Below are positions 6,123 to 14,033 of a DNA stretch of 28,867 bases, one piece after another. The notes below the pieces were generated by a model. That model saw only the letters and a list, made by a program, of their open reading frames with translations. It was not told the origin of the DNA and searched no databases. Numbering within the stretch: the first letter of the stretch is position 1; each line of letters starts with the position of its first letter. The translations under genes were made by a program, and so were the position numbers. This stretch comes from a virus. Taxonomy: Duplodnaviria > Caudoviricetes. The stretch spans positions 1 through 28,867 of IMG/VR virus record IMGVR_UViG_3300020016_000035; one strand, 5' to 3'.

Positions 6123-6341
6123 ATGCTCAAACTTGTCACGTTCATTCGTTGGAATATGGAACCACGTCTTCGAACACCAGTGAGCATCAACCCCGTTGAG
6201 GTGTCTGACGTCGAAGACTGCTGTGGTACAGATGTGCCTAGTAGCGCGATTACGCTAAGGAATAAAAAGGTTCATCTTGTTATGGGCGGCCACTTCGATA
6301 TTGTTGCAAAATTGACTTCGAAAGAAGACTCGGTCGGCTAA
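6123..6341 (+). CDS. Hypothetical protein
   Basis: GAGGT RBS directly downstream of the promoter. Confidence 0.7.
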   Translation: MLKLVTFIRWNMEPRLRTPVSINPVEVSDVEDCCGTDVPSSAITLRNKKVHLVMGGHFDIVAKLTSKEDSVG

Positions 6342-6416
6342 AGACTCGACTGCCGGCAGAAAACTCGACCTCGACCAGTAACTCGACCTCAACTTCTAAC
6401 TCGACCGGAGAACTCG
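6328..6416. repeat. Second ACTCG array (6 exact copies)
   Basis: ACTCG at 6328, 6344, 6363, 6381, 6399, 6412; spacing 13-19 bp. Confidence 0.85.
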
Positions 6417-6418
6417 CC

Positions 6419-6634
6419 ATGGAAGAAACTATCACTCCTCAGATGTGGGAAACCTACTTCGAATACTTGGACACCCTAAAGGAATCAGGCGTCACCAACA
6501 TGTTCGGTTCGGTCCCGTACATTCAGAAGCAATTCGGTGTTCCCGAACCCCAAGCAAAGAGAATCTTTAAAGCTTGGTGGGAGACATTCGACGAGAACGA
6601 GACTCCAGCAGTTCGAGCAGCAAAGGTTAAATGA
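6419..6634 (+). CDS. Small phage protein (DUF5049-like SG.TNMF motif)
   Basis: GGAG RBS; YLDTLKESGVTNMFG. Confidence 0.7.
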   Translation: MEETITPQMWETYFEYLDTLKESGVTNMFGSVPYIQKQFGVPEPQAKRIFKAWWETFDENETPAVRAAKVK

Positions 6635-6637
6635 GCC

Positions 6638-6755
6638 ACCCCGGCGGAGAGTACTTCGATCGGTGAGCGGGAGCGTCGGTTTTCAGAAAGGTGACCTGCG
6701 GTCTTCGTACGGGGTAATCATAGCGCCGTCCAAGGTCATCAACTCCCGCATTCAC
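6638..6755 (+). ncRNA. Putative structured intergenic RNA element
   Basis: Nested stems GTGA-GCGGGAG/CTCCCGC-at-TCAC and GGTGACCT/AGGTCATC; possible long-range ACCCCG/CGGGGT pairing. Confidence 0.45.
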
Positions 6756-6777
6756 TCTAACTAGAGGTACAGATAGA

Positions 6778-6984
6778 ATGAAACGCTTTCAGATTGTTGA
6801 GATAGATCATCTCAAGCATGAGGAATCTATCTTGTATTCAGGCGACAACCCAATCTGGGCGAACGAGTTGTTCATCCAGATAAGAAAACTGAGTAACCCA
6901 AGATACACCTACAGTCTGATTGATCAACGGGAGACAGAGGCGCTCAGAGCTCAATTCGCTGCTGAAGGAAAAGGTGCTGCATGA
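6778..6984 (+). CDS. Hypothetical protein
   Basis: GAGGT RBS; ATGA overlap with the next gene. Confidence 0.7.
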   Translation: MKRFQIVEIDHLKHEESILYSGDNPIWANELFIQIRKLSNPRYTYSLIDQRETEALRAQFAAEGKGAA

Positions 6985-7460
6985 CGCCACGAAATTGGAG
7001 ACCGCTGCGTAAATTGAAAAAAGAAGAATTCCATCCAATTCGACGCGAAGTTATTGAAGAGACAATGCGTTCTTATTCGGTCGATGAGACCGCAGCTCTT
7101 AAGATGTTAGACGATCTACACAATACCTGTGACTATTACACCAACAATCTTTATCAAGTACAGGTTGCAAAATGCGGCCCCGATAGAGTGATGACGCATA
7201 TCTGCATTCGACGTCTTGATGGAGCATGCGACATTCGAGACTGGCGTCATTTTCAGCAAATCAAAAATGAGATTTGTGGAGAAGAGCGCGAAGGATTTGA
7301 ACTATATCCACGCGAAAGTCGAAAGGTAGATACAAGTAACAAATTTCATATCTGGGTATTGCCCGATGGAATATCAATGAGTGCTGTCGGTTGGTTAGAG
7401 CGTGATGTGCAGTACGACGAGCGCAAGAACGTTCCTGGAATGAGACAGAGGACACTCTAA
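6981..7460 (+). CDS. Hypothetical phage protein
   Basis: 159-aa ORF, coupled start; HICIRR..DWRHFQQIKNE..ELYP..N.FHIWV. Confidence 0.8.
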   Translation: MTPRNWRPLRKLKKEEFHPIRREVIEETMRSYSVDETAALKMLDDLHNTCDYYTNNLYQVQVAKCGPDRVMTHICIRRLDGACDIRDWRHFQQIKNEICGEEREGFELYPRESRKVDTSNKFHIWVLPDGISMSAVGWLERDVQYDERKNVPGMRQRTL

Positions 7461-8072
7461 ATGTGGCTCTTATTCGACATGGTCAACCCACGGATCCTAC
7501 ACGTAGCGCCGGTTCCGGATCAATTGCGATTTGAGGAAGGGGAACTTCCAACTCACCTTCAGCTGGTAAGGAGCTCGCGAGTTGAAGCGATCGATGATCC
7601 TTTGTTTCTCAGTGCTCTTTCACATTGGTCTGAGATCAAACTTCGACGTCTCTATACTTGGCTAAAGCTTGAACCACCTCTTTCTCCAGCTAAGATGGAT
7701 GAGAAAGCATTTCTTACCATGCGTCTGCAAATACGAGCTGCGCTCGCGAAACAATTACGCTTCGAACCCAGCCGGCTCCCTACATTAGAGGCTCCCAATA
7801 TTGTTATCAGCGCACCTCTTCCCCCTCCTCGGCCTCAACGTTTGCCTAATGCGCGGCGGGGTTCGGTTGGTCCATTGATACATCGCGTTGCTACCGAAAT
7901 GTGGGAGGCTGCGGGAAAACCTTTGGATATTCCAACCATACTTGTTCTCCGTCAAACGATCATGAAAGTGCTCAATGATGAGCATAAGATAAAGGTTTCG
8001 ACCAGCAGTAACGAGCTCGGACGCTGGCAAAAGGAGCTTGTGGCGGTCAAAGAGACGAAACCCCAGATCTAG
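7461..8072 (+). CDS. Hypothetical protein with C-terminal helical domain distantly resembling those of 12..338 and 19444..20025
   Basis: GAGG RBS; Pro-rich linker then RRGSVG.LIH...W...STSSNELGRWQK. Confidence 0.75.
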   Translation: MWLLFDMVNPRILHVAPVPDQLRFEEGELPTHLQLVRSSRVEAIDDPLFLSALSHWSEIKLRRLYTWLKLEPPLSPAKMDEKAFLTMRLQIRAALAKQLRFEPSRLPTLEAPNIVISAPLPPPRPQRLPNARRGSVGPLIHRVATEMWEAAGKPLDIPTILVLRQTIMKVLNDEHKIKVSTSSNELGRWQKELVAVKETKPQI

Positions 8073-8076
8073 GGGC

Positions 8077-8105
8077 TTGACCGCTAACCCCCTCCATGCT
8101 ATAGT
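8077..8105 (+). promoter_or_regulatory. Promoter for primase
   Basis: cTTGACC-N17-TATAGT with TGC extension. Confidence 0.85.
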
Positions 8106-8150
8106 GTTTTTCTTCCCTATCGCGTTCTGGTTCGCTCAACGGAGCCATCA

Positions 8151-10514
8151 ATGGCCGACGATCCGCGCCTACTCCAATGGCGAAATATTCCCATGGAGTT
8201 GCGCCTGAAGCGTCAGTGGCTCGTTGCTCATCCTGCCAACAAGAATCCCATCTTTTTCAAAGAAGGTCAATTCTACAACGCCTCTGTTTCAAGACATCTC
8301 AGCTCGCAGTGGATGAGCTTCGAGGAAGTTACGACCCTTGCACTGACACACAATCTTGCAATCGGCTTCGTCATATGCGAAGGCGAAGATATTACTTGTA
8401 TCGATCTTGACGTAAAACCCAACACCACAAAGGAGTCTCTGGATTTATTCCAGACCATTGTTCAATCGTTTGACAGCTACACTGAACGATCTGTCGGCGG
8501 GCACGGAATCCATATTTGGTGCAAGGGGAGCATTGGACTCGGCCGACGGCGGGACGGCGTAGAGATCTACAGCCAGAATAGATTTATGATCTGTACTGGC
8601 AACGTCTTGCATCTTAAAGAACAATTAGAATTCAGACAAGAGAAACTGACTAAGATGATTAGTCAGATGCCTATGTCTGCAGGTTACGATGAAGTTATTC
8701 TCGAGGAGCTACCCCAAATAGAGAGCGACGAAGACGTAGGTCGCAAGCTATGGGAGAACGAAGACGCAAGAATGCTCTGGCAAGGAATGTGGCGTGAATT
8801 AGATCATCCGTCACAGTCCGAAGGCGATCTTGACCTGATGGTCCACCTTGTACGTTATACTCAATCGAATGAACAATGTAAGCGCCTATTCCGTCAGTCC
8901 GGGCTGGGAAAAAGAACTAAAGCAAATCGAACTGATTACGTTGTGCGTACCCTGCGCCATGCTCGGTTTATTCGTCAAGCTGAGATGGTAGATATAGAAG
9001 CTGGCAAACGCAGTGCAGACGCTATCATTGCCAGATATGAAGCCGAACAAGCTCTTCTACGTACCGCCGACGGATCTGTTGTCTTCACTCCTGATCCTAT
9101 TCAATTCCAAACAGTCGAACATATAGTTGATATAGATCTCCCACCAGATCCGGAAGATCACATGACTCATACAGAATTTCCACCAGGAGGTCTGGGTTAT
9201 CTAGCTCATTATTTTTATCGAGGATCGGTTTATCCAAACGTTGAATTCTCAGTAGCTGCTGCAATCACCGTAGTATCAGCTCTTTGTGGAAGAGCTTGGA
9301 ATACGTCCACCTCATCTGGTCTAAACACTTATAACCTTGTTGTTGCCCCTTCTGGAATGGGCAAAGATGAGATGCAAAAAGGTATTGCTAGATTGATTGA
9401 AATCTGCCAACAGAAATTTCCAACATTCAAAGATTATTTTCATTTTGGAAACTTTGCAAGTGGACAAGGACTCGTAAAACATTTTACTCCAATACGAACA
9501 TCCTTTGCTCAGATTATGGCTGAATTTGGATCATTGATAAAAAGATTTGCAAATACTCGAGATGAAAATATACAAGGACTAATGTCCGTTATGCTTGACT
9601 TACATTCTAAAGCAGGGCCTCATTCTTTATCGAATTCAATTATCTATAGCGATGCCACTAAGAATGTATTCTCAGTTAAATCTCCTGCATATAGTATCTT
9701 AGGTGATACTACACCTGAGGTCTTTGAAAGTGTCAATTCCTTCCTTCTTAATAATGGATTTATTTCACGATTCAATATCTTTGAATATAAAGGAACACGA
9801 ACCGAAATGAATAAGAATATAGATCACACAGTCGATCCTAGATTTATAGATTATCTAGTTATAATTGCTAGAATTGCTGATATAATTGTTACTCAAAAAC
9901 GAGCACCCATCACCGCTAATTTAGATTCAGAAGCTAATATTCGGTATCATAATTTTCGTAGATATTGCGATAGAAATTATAATAAAGCAGTTCAGACCAG
10001 GAGTGGTGATATTGAACACCATATGTGGTCTCGTTCTCTTAATCGAATTAACGTTTTAGCAACTCTTGCAGCGATCTTAGATACACCTCCACCAACACCT
10101 CAGGGAGATATTACAGTTCCTATTGTTACAAAAGATCATTGGGATTATTTTGAACGAATGATAATGAATGATATCAATAATTTCAAAACTAAACAAGAGA
10201 CAGGTGATATAGGAACTGGTGATAGTGTACAGTCTAAGAAACTTGAAAAACTTATTGATGACTATCTGAATAAAGCTGTCGCAGAAAGTTATAAAATAAG
10301 ACCTGAACTACAGGCATCTGGAAAAATTCAATATAGCTATATTCGACAAAGAATGCAACATATACCTGCTTTTAAGACTGATGGTAACTTCGACGATAAA
10401 AAATTGAAAAGTACAATTCAGACTCTTATTCAGATGGGAAGACTTAAAGAAATCAGAGACCCGCATGAAAAAGGAATGATCGCGGGTGATCTATACTGGG
10501 TCAGGGGAACATGA
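8151..10514 (+). CDS. Primase-polymerase (AEP) fused to a C-terminal P-loop helicase-like domain
   Basis: AEP motifs CIDLD, YTERSVGGHGIHIW and EIYSQNRF..TG; SQSEGD helical domain; Walker A-like APSGMGKD; GFISRF. Confidence 0.85.
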   Translation: MADDPRLLQWRNIPMELRLKRQWLVAHPANKNPIFFKEGQFYNASVSRHLSSQWMSFEEVTTLALTHNLAIGFVICEGEDITCIDLDVKPNTTKESLDLFQTIVQSFDSYTERSVGGHGIHIWCKGSIGLGRRRDGVEIYSQNRFMICTGNVLHLKEQLEFRQEKLTKMISQMPMSAGYDEVILEELPQIESDEDVGRKLWENEDARMLWQGMWRELDHPSQSEGDLDLMVHLVRYTQSNEQCKRLFRQSGLGKRTKANRTDYVVRTLRHARFIRQAEMVDIEAGKRSADAIIARYEAEQALLRTADGSVVFTPDPIQFQTVEHIVDIDLPPDPEDHMTHTEFPPGGLGYLAHYFYRGSVYPNVEFSVAAAITVVSALCGRAWNTSTSSGLNTYNLVVAPSGMGKDEMQKGIARLIEICQQKFPTFKDYFHFGNFASGQGLVKHFTPIRTSFAQIMAEFGSLIKRFANTRDENIQGLMSVMLDLHSKAGPHSLSNSIIYSDATKNVFSVKSPAYSILGDTTPEVFESVNSFLLNNGFISRFNIFEYKGTRTEMNKNIDHTVDPRFIDYLVIIARIADIIVTQKRAPITANLDSEANIRYHNFRRYCDRNYNKAVQTRSGDIEHHMWSRSLNRINVLATLAAILDTPPPTPQGDITVPIVTKDHWDYFERMIMNDINNFKTKQETGDIGTGDSVQSKKLEKLIDDYLNKAVAESYKIRPELQASGKIQYSYIRQRMQHIPAFKTDGNFDDKKLKSTIQTLIQMGRLKEIRDPHEKGMIAGDLYWVRGT

Positions 10515-10876
10515 AAGTCATCGTCTGCGGCAGTCATCTCTACAGTCAACCGAACTTTATCCGCCAATGGCTTGATTGGTACCATAGCGGAAAAAGAATC
10601 AAGACTCTAATCGAGGGCGGAGCATTGCATGTCGATGCTATTGCTGGTGCATGGGCCGTTGAACATGCTATCGAACATCATAAGGTCAAAGCAGAATGGA
10701 CCGTCTATGGTCTCCATGCAGGACCAAAACGAAATGCCGAGATGTTACTACATGGTCCACATGTTGTGATTGCATTTCCGGGCGGGAATGGAACTGCGAA
10801 TATGGTGAGACAAGCACGGGCTGCCGGCGTTCCTGTCATTGAGGTACAATACCCAAAAATGAAATCAATGCCTTGA
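10511..10876 (+). CDS. SLOG-superfamily (YspA/DUF2493-like) protein
   Basis: VIVCGS, GGA..VD, AGPKRN.EM, IAFPGGNGT.NM motifs. Confidence 0.8.
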   Translation: MKVIVCGSHLYSQPNFIRQWLDWYHSGKRIKTLIEGGALHVDAIAGAWAVEHAIEHHKVKAEWTVYGLHAGPKRNAEMLLHGPHVVIAFPGGNGTANMVRQARAAGVPVIEVQYPKMKSMP

Positions 10877-10879
10877 CAC

Positions 10880-10908
10880 TTGCATCCGACCGCTTACTAT
10901 GCTATAAA
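10880..10908 (+). promoter_or_regulatory. Promoter (possibly tandem with TTGACA 10873 / TACTAT 10895)
   Basis: cTTGCAT-N17-TATAAA with TGC extension. Confidence 0.75.
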
Positions 10909-10942
10909 GTGGGATCGACAACACAAACACGGAGTACTTCCT

Positions 10943-11380
10943 ATGGTTCTAATTCCCGAACGCCAAGTTTCCCTCGACCATCTTAAAGAGTGGTACGAAC
11001 TCAAAAAGCAAATGGATGAGATGAAGAACAAGGAAGTTGTTCTTCGTCAGTTCATTTTTGCTGGACTGTTTCCAACTCCGGAAGAGGGTACCAACACCTA
11101 TCCGCTGAACGATGGAACAGGTGCTGTCGCAAAGGGGGTGCATACTATCAATCGCGCTGTGCAGGTCGAGCTGTTGGCAGAATTGGCGAAGGTGCAGGCG
11201 ATGCCAGACAGCAACCAGCCCAAGTTGGAGCTGGAGAAATTGGTTAAATGGAAGCCTGAGGTTTCAATCAAAGAGTATCGTCTGCTTACCGACGAACAGC
11301 GCCTCTTGTTTGACCAAGTACTTGTGATCAAGCCGGGTATGCCCGGACTCGATATTGTCATTCCAAAAAGGAGTAGTTGA
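10943..11380 (+). CDS. Hypothetical protein of the recombination module
   Basis: ACGGAG RBS before ATG 10943; N-terminal coiled coil; directly precedes the Sak4-like gene. Confidence 0.75.
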   Translation: MVLIPERQVSLDHLKEWYELKKQMDEMKNKEVVLRQFIFAGLFPTPEEGTNTYPLNDGTGAVAKGVHTINRAVQVELLAELAKVQAMPDSNQPKLELEKLVKWKPEVSIKEYRLLTDEQRLLFDQVLVIKPGMPGLDIVIPKRSS

Positions 11381-12105
11381 TGCCACTTCAGTTCTCTACC
11401 GCTTCCGAGGAGTCTTTCTCCAATGGGATCAAAGTGCTTGTCTACGGGGGCGCAGGAGTTGGGAAGACAGTTCTTACTGCCACACTCCCAACTCCAGTTC
11501 TGATCTCTGCGGAGTCCGGTTTGTTATCTCTCCGCGAATCTAACTTGAGACGTCTATTTGGTAATGATCAGTCTATCTGTTACAATATGCCGATCATTAC
11601 CATTAACACGGCAGACGACTTACGAGACGCGCATCTCTGGTGTCTGCAGAGTGCAGAAGCTCGTAACTTCCAGAGCGTTGGATTGGACAGCATAACCGAG
11701 ATCGGTGAAGTTGTTCTCAACAACGCTAAACGACAGGTGAAAGATCCAAGGCAGGCCTACGGGGAATTGATCGAAAAGATGGAAACCCTAATCAGAGCTT
11801 TCCGGGATCTCCAGGGTAAGAACGTACTCGTCTCCGCAAAGATGGAGCCGATGAAAGATGAATTATCTGGTATCGTTAAGTATGGACCGTCGATGCCGGG
11901 CGCTAAGTTAGGTCCTAAGTTACCTTATTTTTTCGATGAGGTATTCCGCCTCGGGATAGGTAAGGATCCAACGACCCAGAAGGAGTTCCGTTTCCTGCAA
12001 ACGCAACCTGACCTTCAGTTTGAGGCGAAGGACAGAAGTGGAGCCCTCGCAAACGTGGAACCTCCACATCTAGGCTATGTCTTCAACAAGATCATCAACT
12101 CGTAA
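11380..12105 (+). CDS. Sak4-like / AAA_24 ATPase (recombinase)
   Basis: Walker A YGGAGVGKT, SAESGL, Walker B VGLDSITE, AKDRSG; adjacent to SSB and exonuclease. Confidence 0.85.
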   Translation: MPLQFSTASEESFSNGIKVLVYGGAGVGKTVLTATLPTPVLISAESGLLSLRESNLRRLFGNDQSICYNMPIITINTADDLRDAHLWCLQSAEARNFQSVGLDSITEIGEVVLNNAKRQVKDPRQAYGELIEKMETLIRAFRDLQGKNVLVSAKMEPMKDELSGIVKYGPSMPGAKLGPKLPYFFDEVFRLGIGKDPTTQKEFRFLQTQPDLQFEAKDRSGALANVEPPHLGYVFNKIINS

Positions 12106-12116
12106 GGAGTCACCTT

Positions 12117-13031
12117 ATGGTGCAACTTAACTTCGACGCGCGACAATTTGTTCCGCTTGACAATGATGTCATTCCGGAAGGCTGGTACAACTTCGTTATC
12201 GACGAGACCAATGCCATGCCGACGAAAGACGGCAACCCCAACCACCTTCGTCTCGTTCTGCGGTTCTCCATCATCGACGGACCGCACCAGGGACGCAAGG
12301 TGTTCACTGGCCTGAACATGCGGCACACCAATATCCAGACGATGGAGATTGCGAATCGCGAACTGAGTGCAATCTGTGCCGCTCTCAATCTGCCTTATGT
12401 TCAGGACACCCAGCAGCTCCACAATATCCCGCTGAAGGGACGTGTCAAAACCATCAAGGACCCCAACGGCGTCTACGACGACAAGTCGGAGATCAAGAGC
12501 TACAAGCCCATCAACTATGTGGTCCCTGGCGTTCTCGCTCAGCCTGGGGCACCGGCAGGAGCTCCCGCAACAGCACCCACTGGATGGGCACCACAACAGG
12601 CACCACAACAGACTGCTCCTCAGCAAGCACCTGTACAGCAGCCTTGGGCACCTCCGCAGCAGACTGCTCCGCAGCAGAACGGAGCGTATCCGCAACAGAC
12701 TCCGCAGCAGCCTGTCTATCAGCAGCCTCCGCAGCAACAGCCGCAGCAGACTGCTCCTCCGAACGGTGGTTGGCAGCAGCCCCAGACCCAACAGCCGTGG
12801 GGACAGCCTCCGCAACAGCAGGCCCCGCAGCAGCCGCAGCAGGCGCCTCAGCAGCAACAGCCGGCACAGTACGCCGAACCCCAAAAGCAGCCCGCACAAC
12901 AGCCAGGGCCTGTTGGGTTCGCTGCGCCCCCTCCGACTCAGCAAGCTCCTCAGGCTGTCCAACAGCCGCAGGATCCTGCTGTTACTTCTGCTCAGACTGC
13001 TCAGCCGCCGTGGGCCAGGCCGCCTGCGTAA
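12117..13031 (+). CDS. DUF669-type single-stranded DNA-binding protein with long Gln/Pro-rich tail
   Basis: IPEGWY, L.F.IIDGPHQGRKVF..LN and L.AICAA motifs; TAAGGAG RBS. Confidence 0.8.
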   Translation: MVQLNFDARQFVPLDNDVIPEGWYNFVIDETNAMPTKDGNPNHLRLVLRFSIIDGPHQGRKVFTGLNMRHTNIQTMEIANRELSAICAALNLPYVQDTQQLHNIPLKGRVKTIKDPNGVYDDKSEIKSYKPINYVVPGVLAQPGAPAGAPATAPTGWAPQQAPQQTAPQQAPVQQPWAPPQQTAPQQNGAYPQQTPQQPVYQQPPQQQPQQTAPPNGGWQQPQTQQPWGQPPQQQAPQQPQQAPQQQQPAQYAEPQKQPAQQPGPVGFAAPPPTQQAPQAVQQPQDPAVTSAQTAQPPWARPPA

Positions 13032-13048
13032 CTGAACGTAACCATCTC

Positions 13049-13078
13049 AAGGGGTCCTGTTCGCAGGACCCCTTTTTT
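13049..13078 (+). terminator. Rho-independent terminator
   Basis: GGGGTCCTG-TTCG-CAGGACCCC-TTTTTT. Confidence 0.9.
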
Positions 13079-13088
13079 GGAGTAGATA

Positions 13089-14033
13089 ATGGTTGACATT
13101 GCACGCGATCTATGTCTTGCTATCGATAAGGCTATTGCAATTGATCAAGGGGCTGCATATAGAGGCTGGCTAGGGCAGGTGCTTCCGCATATGTCGGACG
13201 CATACAGGGACACGGAAGAATCCCATCGAAGTCACATGGGAGCTTCTCAGCTCGGGCATGACTGTGGCCGCGCCGTATGGTATAGCTTTCGATGGGCTAC
13301 CAAGGCAGCATTTCAAGGCCGCATGCTCCGTCTATTCAACCGTGGACATATTGAAGAGGCGCGTTTCATCGCAATGCTTCTCACCGTTGGGATGCCTGTC
13401 TATCAACAAGATGCAAACGGAAAACAGTTTCGTATCGCCTTCGGGGATGGTCATGGAGGAGGAAGCGGCGACGGGGTAACACATTATAATAACAGCCCAG
13501 CTCTTATTGAAGCGAAGACACATAATGAACGATCCTTTATCGAGCTAGCGGGGAAGCTAGAAGAGTGGCGATCATATCTAGCCAGCGAGGGACACTTCAA
13601 GGGAAAAGGTGTTCGCGACGCTAAACCAGAGCATTTTGTTCAAGCGCAGATCTACATGCGCAAGATGGGTATTGCGAGCTGTCTCTATATGGCAGTCAAT
13701 AAAAATACTGACGACCTTTATATCGAAATCATTACTCTCAATCCCGAGCATGCAGACCAGTATATTGAACGAGGCGAGAAACTGATACAAGCTGCGACGC
13801 CCCCAACTAAGCTCAGTACCTCGCCAGGGTTCTGGAAATGTACTTGGTGCGAACACAAACCTGTCTGCCATATGAAACGAGCTCCTGATAGGAACTGCCG
13901 TACCTGCAAATATGTTCAAGTCCAATCCGAGGGACGATGGGCTTGCACCCACCCCACTGAACATGCTATACTAACGCAGGAAAAACAACTTGTAGGTTGC
14001 CAGTTCTATAAGGTAGCGAGTCACTTCTTATGA
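13089..14033 (+). CDS. Cas4-like PD-(D/E)XK exonuclease
   Basis: GAS.LGHDC.R, GSGDG, LIEAKT, QAQIYM, C-terminal CTWC.....C. Confidence 0.85.
   Translation: MVDIARDLCLAIDKAIAIDQGAAYRGWLGQVLPHMSDAYRDTEESHRSHMGASQLGHDCGRAVWYSFRWATKAAFQGRMLRLFNRGHIEEARFIAMLLTVGMPVYQQDANGKQFRIAFGDGHGGGSGDGVTHYNNSPALIEAKTHNERSFIELAGKLEEWRSYLASEGHFKGKGVRDAKPEHFVQAQIYMRKMGIASCLYMAVNKNTDDLYIEIITLNPEHADQYIERGEKLIQAATPPTKLSTSPGFWKCTWCEHKPVCHMKRAPDRNCRTCKYVQVQSEGRWACTHPTEHAILTQEKQLVGCQFYKVASHFL

Noticed and set aside
12075-13096. Long antisense and alternate-frame ORFs over the SSB gene
   Set aside because: Shadow ORFs produced by stop-poor CAG/CCG repeats.
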